In this document: positions 18,346 to 26,667 of the stretch, one piece after another
How positions within the stretch are numbered: position 1 is the stretch's first letter
Layout of the letters: the number at the start of each line of letters is the position of its first letter
Assembly: GCA_016218805.1 (NCBI GenBank)
Contig: JACRCW010000114.1
Location: 1 to 32,233, forward strand
From: Deltaproteobacteria bacterium
Lineage (GTDB): Bacteria > Myxococcota > JACRCW01
Length of the DNA stretch: 32,233 nt
Reading direction: 5' to 3'
Program-made: the position numbers and the translations under genes
Notes under the pieces: model-generated
Seen by the model: only the letters and a program-made list of their open reading frames with translations
What the model was told of the DNA's origin: nothing
The model's database searches: none

Positions 18346-19059
18346 ATGGGCCCCGCGCTCCTCATCGCCGCGCTGTGCACCGGGAGCACCCCCGTTCTGG
18401 GCGGGTACGAGGACGAGGACGAGACCGACGAGCGTGACGCCACCGGCGACAACGACGACGAGGCGTACGCCGAGGACCGCTGGCAGGACTTCCGGCGGCG
18501 GGCGCTGACCCTGCGCGTGGTGCCGGCCGCGGACACGGCGTCAGGCCAGCCGGAGTACGTGGTGGAGCGCGCCGGCAAGCCCATTTCCGACGAGGAACTG
18601 GAGGACCTGGAGCTGGCGTACGTGGACCCGGTGGTACCGCGCGTGACGACGCCGGCGTGGCTGCCGCATGCGCGGGCCACGGCGCTGTCCTCGTTTGTGT
18701 TCCTTCCGGCGGTGCTTATTGCCGGGACGGTGGCGGTGTTTGTCGTCGTATGGATCGGGTTGTTCGCCTCCGGGCTGGGGCAGACCAACGTCCGGGCCCT
18801 GCCGGAGGCCGCGTTGGGCGCCCTGTGCGGTGGGGCCTGTTACGGCGTGTGCTGTGGCATTGGGCCCGGGGTGGTGCTGGGCGTCCCCACGGGGTTGTTG
18901 GGCGCGGGCATGGTCAACGCCGCGCTGTACCTGGCCACGCTGCGGCGCGCCCCGCGGCACGCCTATGAGACCGCCGTGGCCCGCGCCAACCGCGCGCTGG
19001 CGGAGGACATGGGCATTGACGTGCATGACCTGCCGGAGCGCTTCCTGCCCGGGGAGTGA
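18346..19059 (+). CDS. Hypothetical membrane protein with acidic N-terminal patch
   Basis: Signal-like N-terminus, EDEDETDERDATGDNDDE, 2-3 hydrophobic Gly/Cys-containing helices. Codon usage is host-like and it fills the gap between 18327 and 19061. Confidence 0.65.
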   Translation: MGPALLIAALCTGSTPVLGGYEDEDETDERDATGDNDDEAYAEDRWQDFRRRALTLRVVPAADTASGQPEYVVERAGKPISDEELEDLELAYVDPVVPRVTTPAWLPHARATALSSFVFLPAVLIAGTVAVFVVVWIGLFASGLGQTNVRALPEAALGALCGGACYGVCCGIGPGVVLGVPTGLLGAGMVNAALYLATLRRAPRHAYETAVARANRALAEDMGIDVHDLPERFLPGE

Positions 19060-19060
19060 T

Positions 19061-21082
19061 TCACGAACCGTCCTCGCGCGGAAGGATGCGGATGATTTCA
19101 GAGGGAACCGTGTAGCCCTGGCTGAGCAGGTGCGTGGAGAACCGCGCCAGGCTCACGTAGGACCCGTCCGCCGCGGCGTTGCGGATGTCCGCCATGGAGC
19201 ATTCCTTCTGCGAGATGGCATCCCGCACCTTGGGTCCGCTCAACAGCAGTTCGTACACGCCCACGCGGCCCTTGAACCCCTCGTTGTTGCACTTGTCGCA
19301 ACCGGTACCCTTGAAGAACTTGGTGGTCCCGTCCACCAGCACGCCCGCCGCCTGCAGGTTCTTGATGACCAGCTCCGTGGCCGGTTGCTCCACCCGGCAC
19401 GCGGGGCAGATGCGCCGCACCAGCCGCTGGTTCACCACGCCCAGCAATGACGACGCAATGAGATACGGCTCCACCTCCATGCTGCGCAGACGGATGACGG
19501 CGGACGGCGCATCATTGGTGTGGAAGGAGCTGAGCACCAGGTGACCGGTGAGCGCGGCGTTGCACGCCAGGCGCGCGGTGGTGCCGTCGCGCGTCTCCCC
19601 CACCAGGATGATGTCAGGGTCCTGCCGCATGAACGTGCGCAGCACCTCGGCAAACCCCAGCCCAATGCCCTCATTGACCTGCACCTGCGTGACGCCGGCC
19701 AGGTCGTACTCAATGGGGTCCTCCACCGTGCAGATGGAGATCTCCTTGTTCATGCGTTCGCGCAGTGACGCGTACAGCGTGGTGGTCTTGCCGCTGCCGG
19801 TGGGGCCGGTCACCAGCACCAGGCCGTTGGGCCGGTAGAACAACTTGCGGATCACGGAGGACACCTTCTCCGCGACGATGATCGATCCCAGGTTCTGGTC
19901 CAGCTTGGACGCATCCAGGATGCGCATGGTGATCTTCTCGCCGTTCTTGGTGTTCACCGTGGCGAGGCGGAGATCATACGGCTTGCCCACGTATTCCAGG
20001 CTGATGCGCCCGTCCTGCGGGAGGCGCTTCTCGGCGATGTTGACCTGCGCCAGCACCTTGAGGCGCGACACGATGGGCAGGTGCAGCGTCATGGGGATGA
20101 CGCCGTCGCGCACCACCATGCGCCCGTCGATGCGGTAGCGCACGGTGAACGTCTTGCGCTCGGGCTCCATGTGGATGTCGGACGCGCCGCGCTCAATGCC
20201 CTCGGCCAGCACCGCAGAGACGAGGTTGACGATGTCAGAACTGGCCGCGGCCTGTTGCGCCAGTTTCTCGTCGTCCTTGTCCACCAGCCCCAGGTAGGTG
20301 ACCGGCTTGGGCGGCCCGCTGAGCGTGCGGGTGATGGGCACCTTGGGCCCGGACGCCGTGGGCGCGCCCAGGTGGGTGGCAACAAACGCGCTGTAGTCCT
20401 GTTCGCTCACGGCCATCAGCTGCACGGGCTGGTCACCCAGCATGCGCTTGATGTCATCCAGGCCCAGGCGGTTGGCCGGGTCCGGCGTGGCAATGAGCAC
20501 CACGCCTCCCTGAGACGACACCGGCACCATCTTGTGCCGCTTGATGAGCTGGGAGGGCACCGTTTCCAGCAGCGCGGGGTCCGGCGTGCGTCCTTTGAGC
20601 GTGCCGAATTCGATCCCCTGCTGCTTGTTGACGGTGTCCAGGCGCTTGGCCAGCACGCCGGCCACCATGATGCCCACCTGCGGAGCGGCCTGCACCAGCG
20701 CGTAGAAAATGTCCCGGCTGACGCCCAACAGCTGGCTCTCCTCCATGGCGCGCACGCTGGCGGAGCGCGGCTGCCCGGTGACCAGCGCCATTTCGCCAAT
20801 GGACTGCCCCGGACCCAGCTTGGCGAGGTCCACGCACAGGCCCAGCGCGTTGTCGGTGAGGAACACGGCCAGCTGGCCGCTCCACACCATGTACATGGCG
20901 TCACCGGGGTCACCCTGGTTGAAGAGGATCTCGCCGGTCTTGAGGGTCTTCTTCACCAGCCGGGATTCCAGTTGGCGTTTGAGCTGCTCCGGCAGCGGCC
21001 GGAAGAACTCCACCTGGTCCAGGATGCTCTCACCGGCGGGGACCACCGGCGCGGCAACGGGTGCGGGTGCGGGCTGAGCCAT
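19061..21082 (-). CDS. GspE/PilB-family secretion ATPase with N-terminal cNMP-binding domain
   Basis: cNMP: LFNQGDPGDAMY...IGEMALVTGQPRSASV. ATPase: ASDIHMEP, RYRIDG, EKRLPQDGR, Walker A GPTGSGKTT, TVEDPIE, RQDPDIILVGETRD, TGHLVLSSFH, and Zn motif CPAC...CDKC. Confidence 0.93.
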   Translation of the reverse strand: MAQPAPAPVAAPVVPAGESILDQVEFFRPLPEQLKRQLESRLVKKTLKTGEILFNQGDPGDAMYMVWSGQLAVFLTDNALGLCVDLAKLGPGQSIGEMALVTGQPRSASVRAMEESQLLGVSRDIFYALVQAAPQVGIMVAGVLAKRLDTVNKQQGIEFGTLKGRTPDPALLETVPSQLIKRHKMVPVSSQGGVVLIATPDPANRLGLDDIKRMLGDQPVQLMAVSEQDYSAFVATHLGAPTASGPKVPITRTLSGPPKPVTYLGLVDKDDEKLAQQAAASSDIVNLVSAVLAEGIERGASDIHMEPERKTFTVRYRIDGRMVVRDGVIPMTLHLPIVSRLKVLAQVNIAEKRLPQDGRISLEYVGKPYDLRLATVNTKNGEKITMRILDASKLDQNLGSIIVAEKVSSVIRKLFYRPNGLVLVTGPTGSGKTTTLYASLRERMNKEISICTVEDPIEYDLAGVTQVQVNEGIGLGFAEVLRTFMRQDPDIILVGETRDGTTARLACNAALTGHLVLSSFHTNDAPSAVIRLRSMEVEPYLIASSLLGVVNQRLVRRICPACRVEQPATELVIKNLQAAGVLVDGTTKFFKGTGCDKCNNEGFKGRVGVYELLLSGPKVRDAISQKECSMADIRNAAADGSYVSLARFSTHLLSQGYTVPSEIIRILPREDGS

Positions 21083-21109
21083 CGGGGTTGACCTCGTCGG
21101 GAAAGGCGC

Positions 21110-22504
21110 TCAGCGGCGCAGGTTGGCCTGGCGCAACCGCTCGGCCAGCGTGCGGGTGAACAGGCGGTAGATGCGCAGCGCCGCCGTTTCGCGGCTGTAC
21201 AGGAAGTGCTCAAACCGCTCGCGCGGGAGGAACAGCGCGCGCACGGGGCCGGACGCCACCACGCGTGCGCTCGTCGGTGCGTCGTCCACCAGGCTGATCT
21301 CGCCCACGTACTTGCCGGTGCCCAACGTGGCCAGCGGCGTGGTGGCACCACCCTGGTCCACGCGCAGCACGCCCACCTGCCCGCCCAGGATGATGGTGAG
21401 CCCGTTCCCGCGCACACCCTGCTCGATGATGATCGTGCCCGGCGGGAAGTCGCGCTCTTCGCACAGCCGGTAGAGGTCCTTCATGTCCTGCAGGTTGAGC
21501 TCCCCAAAGATGGGAATGGACTTGAGGAACCCGTACGCATCCGACGACGACGCCGGCGCGGGACCCGCTTCCACCTGCGGTGCTGCGCCCCCGCCCCCGC
21601 CGCCACCTCCCCCGCCAAACGGGTCCGACAACGTGGCGAACGGATCCTTGGGCGCCGCCGCCGGGGCCGGCCGCGTGAACGGCACGGAGGTGGGAGCCGC
21701 GGGTGCGGGCGGCGGTGGCGCGGCCTGCGGACCCGCCAGCATCGCGCGGATCTGCTGCGCCTGGTCCGTCCGTCCCAGCCCTTCCAGGATGCGCGCCAGG
21801 CCTTCCTGCAGTTCGCGGTCCTGTTGGGCCGCCGGGATCTGGCGCAGCGTTTCCACAATGAGCTGACCGGCCTGCTGCGCGTGGCCGTATTGCGCCATCA
21901 GCGCGGCCAGCCGCTTCACCGCCGCCACGCGCCCGGGGTCAGCCACGGGGACCAGGCGCAGGCATTCCACTTCGCCGCGGACGTTGCCCAGGCGCTGGTA
22001 GTAGGACGCCGCCTCAAACAGCCGCCCCTGCCGCGCCAGGCACTCCGCCATGACCTCGTGGGCGCCGGCCGCCTCGTACAGCACCAGCGCCTGCGCGCCG
22101 TGCCCCGCGCGCTCCAGCGCCTGCGCCGCGCGCATCTTGTCGCCGTCCTTCTCAAACATGCGCGCAGCGGACGCAAAGTCGGCCGCCTGTTCGTAGGTGC
22201 GTGCGGCGTCCGCCCAGCGGCGTCCCATCTCGTAGCACTTGGCCGCGGTGGCAAAGTCCCGCGCCATCACAAACATGTCCCCCAGCGCCTTCTGCGAATC
22301 CACCGAGGAACTCTTGGCGTCCTCCAGCAGCTGCGCGGCCACCGCGCCGCCGCTCTGCTCATACAGGCGGGCGGCGTGCTCCACTTCCTTGCGCGCCAGG
22401 TGCGTGCGGATGAACTGCACCACCTTGCCCGTCGTGACAAACTGCCCGGACGACTCGCCACCCTCGACGAAATCGAACTCCATCTCACCGGCCCAGCGCG
22501 TCAT
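21110..22504 (-). CDS. TPR/SNAP-like helical-repeat protein with Pro-rich linker and C-terminal cNMP-binding domain
   Basis: GGAGGA RBS before ATG 22504; repeated AAxxYExAG units; FLKSIPIFGEL...IIEQG...VGEISLVDDAPTSARV...LAERLRQAN. It ends 27 bp upstream of the ATPase gene on the same strand. Confidence 0.88.
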   Translation of the reverse strand: MTRWAGEMEFDFVEGGESSGQFVTTGKVVQFIRTHLARKEVEHAARLYEQSGGAVAAQLLEDAKSSSVDSQKALGDMFVMARDFATAAKCYEMGRRWADAARTYEQAADFASAARMFEKDGDKMRAAQALERAGHGAQALVLYEAAGAHEVMAECLARQGRLFEAASYYQRLGNVRGEVECLRLVPVADPGRVAAVKRLAALMAQYGHAQQAGQLIVETLRQIPAAQQDRELQEGLARILEGLGRTDQAQQIRAMLAGPQAAPPPPAPAAPTSVPFTRPAPAAAPKDPFATLSDPFGGGGGGGGGGAAPQVEAGPAPASSSDAYGFLKSIPIFGELNLQDMKDLYRLCEERDFPPGTIIIEQGVRGNGLTIILGGQVGVLRVDQGGATTPLATLGTGKYVGEISLVDDAPTSARVVASGPVRALFLPRERFEHFLYSRETAALRIYRLFTRTLAERLRQANLRR

Positions 22505-22712
22505 GACTCCTCCGATGAATCGTTTCCGTCGGGGACTCTGCCGCGAGCAGGGGGGGTACGGGAAGGGCGGGCGGCCCACCCGCGCGGTCATGGCGGGCCG
22601 CGCCAGAAACGGGTGTGGGGTGCCCGGCCAACTACCGGGAGCAGGTCCAGCGGGACGGCTGCCCGCGCGTTGACTCGCCGCGGAGACCGGCGGCGCGTTA
22701 TCCTGCCCACCG

Positions 22713-22955
22713 ATGGACACCACCGCAGAGCAGGATGCCGTCTACATGGACCTCGTCCGCAAAGCATCCACCGCACAGCGGGCCCGCGTGGTCGGCGCGT
22801 TGTCGGCGGGCGTGCGCCGCATGGCGGAGGCGGGCATCCGCGAGGCGTTCCCCGCCGCAACGGACGAAGAGGTCGCGGTACGGGTCGCAATGCGCCTCTA
22901 CGGTCGCGATGTGGTGCAACGCGTGCTCGGCCGCGTTCCCCCGGACGCGCGCTGA
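22713..22955 (+). CDS. Small helical protein, probable antitoxin/partner of the downstream nucleotidyltransferase
   Basis: 80 aa, MDT...AGIREAFPAATDEEV...RLYG, a pattern I associate with small genes upstream of minimal nucleotidyltransferases. Stop lies 4 bp before the next ATG. Confidence 0.65.
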   Translation: MDTTAEQDAVYMDLVRKASTAQRARVVGALSAGVRRMAEAGIREAFPAATDEEVAVRVAMRLYGRDVVQRVLGRVPPDAR

Positions 22956-22959
22956 GCCC

Positions 22960-23202
22960 ATGGACTCCATCGACGTGGCGGTACGGGTGGGTGAAGCGCT
23001 GGACCGCGCGGGGATCGCCTATTTCGTCGGGGGCAGTCTCGCGAGTTCATTGCAGGGTGAGCCGCGCGCAACCAACGACATCGACATCGTGGTTCAGGCT
23101 GGAGTGCCGGACCTCGGCAGGTTGGCGCACACGTCGGAGGTGCGAAGGTCACCGGCCCAGCGCCCGGTTCACAATCCGCGCATGGTCTCCTCAATCAGGT
23201 AA
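22960..23202 (+). pseudogene. Truncated minimal nucleotidyltransferase (Pol-beta fold, toxin-like)
   Basis: MDSIDVAVRVGEALDRAGIAYFVGGSLASSLQGEPRATNDIDIVV carries the GG...RxTxDxD motif. The ORF is only 80 aa and its last 13 codons plus stop come from the antisense of the duplicated ligase 3' end. Confidence 0.72.
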
Positions 23203-23252
23203 TCCACAACCTTCTTGAGGTCCCCGTTGTTCTTCTCCGCCACTTCAATCTG
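23161..23252. repeat. 92-bp direct repeat, orphan copy of the 3' end of the carboxylate-amine ligase gene (other copy 23565-23656)
   Basis: Manual alignment: 90/92 identical at offset 404; mismatches at 23201/23605 and 23244/23648. Confidence 0.95.
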
Positions 23253-23276
23253 AAACGGATCCGCCCGAGCCACCTT

Positions 23277-23406
23277 GTAGGGCGGTAGGCTCGTCCCCCG
23301 CCCGGGTCACTCGTACGCGAGCGCGCGTCGGCCGACGTGGCGGAGGGGCCATTTCGTCTGAACGGCCCTCTATCTCTATCGGGCGGGGGACGAGCCCCCG
23401 CCCTAC
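23277..23406. repeat. Inverted GTAG-REP doublet (REPIN-like)
   Basis: GTAGGGCGGTAGGCTCGTCCCCCGCCCG at 23277-23304 (+) and GTAGGGCGGGGGCTCGTCCCCCGCCCG on the minus strand at 23380-23406; each is an imperfect hairpin; 75-bp spacer. Confidence 0.82.
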
Positions 23407-23422
23407 GACGATCTGCCCGCGG

Positions 23423-23528
23423 GACATCGCGAACCACGCGCGGCGCCATCCGCGAACCACGCGCGGGACCATCCGCAAACCACGCGTGGCACCATCACGA
23501 ACCACGCGCAGGACCATCCACGAACCAC
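23423..23528. repeat. Degenerate tandem repeat, about 5 x 22-23 bp (consensus ACCATCCGCGAACCACGCGCGGG)
   Basis: AACCAC cores at 23432, 23455, 23478, 23500 and 23523. Confidence 0.88.
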
Positions 23529-23572
23529 TGGGTTGTCCAACGCCCCGTGCGGCACCCATCCGGCCGCCCGGT

Positions 23573-24679
23573 TCACAATCCGCGCATGGTCTCCTCAATC
23601 AGGTAGTCCACAACCTTCTTGAGGTCCCCGTTGTTCTTCTCCGCCACCTCAATCTGGCGGTGTGCGCTGGTGCCCTCCCGCGCGATCTTCTGGATGAAGT
23701 CCAGGTGGCTCTCCGTGCCCAGCACCTGCGCCGCGGGGCGGACAAACTCACACAGTTCCGGCGCCAGCTCCACAAACGGCCGCTCTTCCTTGCGCCCGAA
23801 GTCAATGAGCTTGGCATCCGTCCCGTACCGCAGCGCGCGCCACTTGTTCTCTTCAATCAGCCCGCGCCCGTAGGAACGCCACTGCCGGTTCCCGCGGTAC
23901 AGCAGATACAACTGCGCCATCAGCGCCTGGATGAGCGCCACCACGGCCACCGTGTGGTTCATGTTGGTGGGCATGTCGCAGATGCGCACTTCCACGGTGT
24001 CGTACAGGTAGTGCGGCCGCACGTCCCACCAGATGCTCTTGGCCGAATCAATGCACTTGGTCTGGATGAGCAGCTTCACAAACGCCACCAGGTGCTCATG
24101 GCTGTCAAATTCGTCCGGGATGCCGGTGCGCGGGAACCGCTTGAAGATGTTGCAGCGGTTGCTCATCAGGCCCGTGCGCCGCCCCAGCCAGAACGGTGAC
24201 GACGTGGTCAACGCCAGCAGGTGCGGGAGGAAATAGCGGACCTGGTTGGCCAGGTGCACCGCCGTCTCCTTCTCCTTGATGCCCACGTGCACATGCAGCC
24301 CAAAGATGAGGTTGCCGCGCGCCACGTCCTGCAGGTCGTGCACAATGTTGTGGTAGCGCTCGCGGTCGGTGATGTCCTGGGTCTTCCAGTCACTGAAAGG
24401 ATGCGTGGACGCGGCAATGATGCGCAGGCCGCCGCGGCGCGCCAGCTTGTCCAGCTCGCTGCGCATCTCCACCAGCTCCTGGCGGACCGCCTTCACGTCG
24501 GAGCAGACGCTGGTGCCCACCTCCACCATGGATTGGTGCATCTCCGGGCGGACGCGCTCGCGCAGTACGCTCTTGCCGTCCTCCAGCAGCCGGCTGACGT
24601 AGGACCGCAGCTCCCGCGTCTCGGGATCCACAATCTGGTATTCCTCCTCCACGCCCAGCGTGAACTGTCCGTCGAGCAT
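23573..24679 (-). CDS. ybdK: YbdK/GCS2-family carboxylate-amine ligase (putative glutamate--cysteine ligase 2)
   Basis: FTLGVEEEYQIVDP, VEVGT, ASTHPF, IFGLHVHVG, SSPFW, FPRTG, IWWDVRP, TVEVRICD, ENKWRALRYG. GGAGGAG RBS before ATG 24679. Confidence 0.95.
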   Translation of the reverse strand: MLDGQFTLGVEEEYQIVDPETRELRSYVSRLLEDGKSVLRERVRPEMHQSMVEVGTSVCSDVKAVRQELVEMRSELDKLARRGGLRIIAASTHPFSDWKTQDITDRERYHNIVHDLQDVARGNLIFGLHVHVGIKEKETAVHLANQVRYFLPHLLALTTSSPFWLGRRTGLMSNRCNIFKRFPRTGIPDEFDSHEHLVAFVKLLIQTKCIDSAKSIWWDVRPHYLYDTVEVRICDMPTNMNHTVAVVALIQALMAQLYLLYRGNRQWRSYGRGLIEENKWRALRYGTDAKLIDFGRKEERPFVELAPELCEFVRPAAQVLGTESHLDFIQKIAREGTSAHRQIEVAEKNNGDLKKVVDYLIEETMRGL

Positions 24680-24788
24680 CTCTGCGTCTCCTCCGTGGTC
24701 ACTCGCGCCGCCCCCGCAGCGCCCTTGCGTCCAAGTCACAGTGCGGTGCCGGGCGCCCGGGCGTCAACCCAACGCGCCAGCCGGCGCT

Positions 24789-25535
24789 TTAACGGTGCAG
24801 GTCCGGCTCTTCCAGCAACGCGTCGGATCGGCGTGACCACTGCCGGTAGAGAATCCACCCACCCCACGCGCAACCCACCACCATCAGCGCGCATCCGGCC
24901 GCGAACACCACCTTTGCCAGCGAATGATCCCGCCGCAGCCAACCCAGCGTGGACAGGATGTTGTGCCAGTCATGGCGCGCGGCACGCGCCTCCAGCGCTT
25001 CGTCACTCCACTCGCCAATGAGCGGCATGGCCAGCGAACGCGCGTCATCCACGTACGGCGCCAGGTCCAGCAGGGACTGCCCCAGCCACCACGTGCACAC
25101 GGCCGCGCCAAACGGGTTGCGCTGCCCGAACACAAACGCGACGGCGAGGACGCCGGGCACCAGCAACTGGAACAGGCTCCCGCCCAGGAACATCATGAAG
25201 CGGCCCAGTGGCGTGAAGACCAGGTGCCCGAACTCGTGGAAGGCCAGGTCCACGCGGTGCAGGAAAGATCCGTTGAGCACTTCAAAGTCCACGCCGCGGC
25301 TGATGAACCACGCGCCCCACGGCACCAGCAGCGCCAGCACCGCGGCGCGGCCGGCCCAGTTCATCCGGTTGACGTGCGGGGGGACGTACAGCAGCGCGTC
25401 CAGCACGCGGCGCCCCAGGCTCTCCGTGGGGACCTGTGCGTCATCCGCCGCAAACACGGCCACGCAGCGGTCACACTGCGTCTGGCCGGGGGCGGCGGGG
25501 GCGCCGCAACGCGGGCAGCTCATGGGGGCGGGCAT
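24789..25535 (-). CDS. Zinc-ribbon + integral membrane HExxH protein (M50B-like metallopeptidase candidate)
   Basis: CPRCG...CDRC; TM helices; DLAFHEFGH, LGGSLFQ, APYVDDA, HDW. Start 25535 or 25523. Confidence 0.75.
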   Translation of the reverse strand: MPAPMSCPRCGAPAAPGQTQCDRCVAVFAADDAQVPTESLGRRVLDALLYVPPHVNRMNWAGRAAVLALLVPWGAWFISRGVDFEVLNGSFLHRVDLAFHEFGHLVFTPLGRFMMFLGGSLFQLLVPGVLAVAFVFGQRNPFGAAVCTWWLGQSLLDLAPYVDDARSLAMPLIGEWSDEALEARAARHDWHNILSTLGWLRRDHSLAKVVFAAGCALMVVGCAWGGWILYRQWSRRSDALLEEPDLHR

Positions 25536-25663
25536 GGGGCAGCAGGGTGCCCAAAAGCGGGGCGGCTTGCACGCGCTTGGCAGACGGGTCACCCCGCGTG
25601 GTACGGCGCGCCGCAGCCGGGAGAACGCCACCTTCCCGGCCCACCTGCCAGGAGGCCACAACG

Positions 25664-26602
25664 ATGCGCGTCGGAATCATGCGGGGCCGGGAGAACAGCT
25701 TCCCCAACGCCCTCATCGAGAAGATCAACGGGATGAAGGGCGGCATCACCGCCGAGTTCAACATGATGGGCGGTACGTCCATGGGGGAGCCCAACCCCTA
25801 CCGCGTCATCCTGGACCGCATCTCGCACGAGGTGCCGTACTACCAAGTGTATCTCAAGCAGGCGTCCATGCAGGGCACCTACGTCATCAACAACCCGTTC
25901 TGGGTGCACCAGGATGACAAGTTCTTCGGCTACAGCCTGGCGCAGCGCCTGGGCATCCCCGTTCCCAAGACGGTGGTGCTGCCCAACCGGCAGCACATTG
26001 CGGACATCTCACCGGAGAGCCTGCGCAACCAGTGGCCGGTGGACTTTGAAGCGCGGCTCAAGGAAGTGGGCCTGCCGTGCATCATGAAGCCCGCCTTTGG
26101 CGGCGGGTGGAAGAACGTGCACAAGATCCACAACCTGGATGAGTGCATCCAGAAGTACAACGAGTCCGGCCAGCTCACCATGATGCTGCAGGAGTTCATC
26201 CAGTGGGATGACTACATCCGCTGCCTGGTCATTGGGCGGAAGTACACGCGGCCCATCCGCTACATCCCGCGGCCGTTTGCCCGCGGCGAATACGTGCAGG
26301 ACCTCTCCGTCCTCAACAAGAAGCACGCCGCCAAGGCGGAGGAGTTCTCCGTCCTGTTCAATGAGGCCATCGGCTACGACACCAACGCCATGGAGTTCGC
26401 GGTGCGCGGTGACACGCTGTACGCCATAGACATCACCAACCACGCGTGCGACATGGACCACAACAGCCTGCGGGACGCGCATTTCCCGTGGACCGTGGAG
26501 CACGTGGCCAAGTTCATTGTGGAGACGGCCAAGAGCGACGCGCGCAACAAGGCCTGCGCCGCGTGGGAGAAGTACAAGGACAAGGTGACCGTGAAGGCCT
26601 GA
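25664..26602 (+). CDS. RimK/glutathione-synthetase-like ATP-grasp ligase
   Basis: GGAGG RBS; ILDRISH, VINNPF, DDKF, GIPVPKT, IMKPAFGGGWKNV, MLQEFI, MEFAVR, YAIDITN. Confidence 0.88.
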   Translation: MRVGIMRGRENSFPNALIEKINGMKGGITAEFNMMGGTSMGEPNPYRVILDRISHEVPYYQVYLKQASMQGTYVINNPFWVHQDDKFFGYSLAQRLGIPVPKTVVLPNRQHIADISPESLRNQWPVDFEARLKEVGLPCIMKPAFGGGWKNVHKIHNLDECIQKYNESGQLTMMLQEFIQWDDYIRCLVIGRKYTRPIRYIPRPFARGEYVQDLSVLNKKHAAKAEEFSVLFNEAIGYDTNAMEFAVRGDTLYAIDITNHACDMDHNSLRDAHFPWTVEHVAKFIVETAKSDARNKACAAWEKYKDKVTVKA

Positions 26603-26667
26603 CGGTATCTTGAACCGGGACTGGGACGACCTGTAGCGTGCGCAGGCCCCCCACCCCGGAGCCGCGC

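Noticed and set aside
22670..22704. Sigma70 promoter TTGACT...TATCCT for the small TA-like gene
   Set aside because: The 23-bp spacing is too long; the -10 alone could serve a leaderless transcript but cannot be supported from sequence.
23423..23528. Mini-CRISPR or plasmid iteron origin
   Set aside because: No spacers, no rep gene and no AT-rich unwinding region.
23161..23656. Diversity-generating retroelement TR/VR pair at the ligase C-terminus
   Set aside because: Only two mismatches, not both at adenines on the same strand, both synonymous, and no reverse transcriptase in the window.
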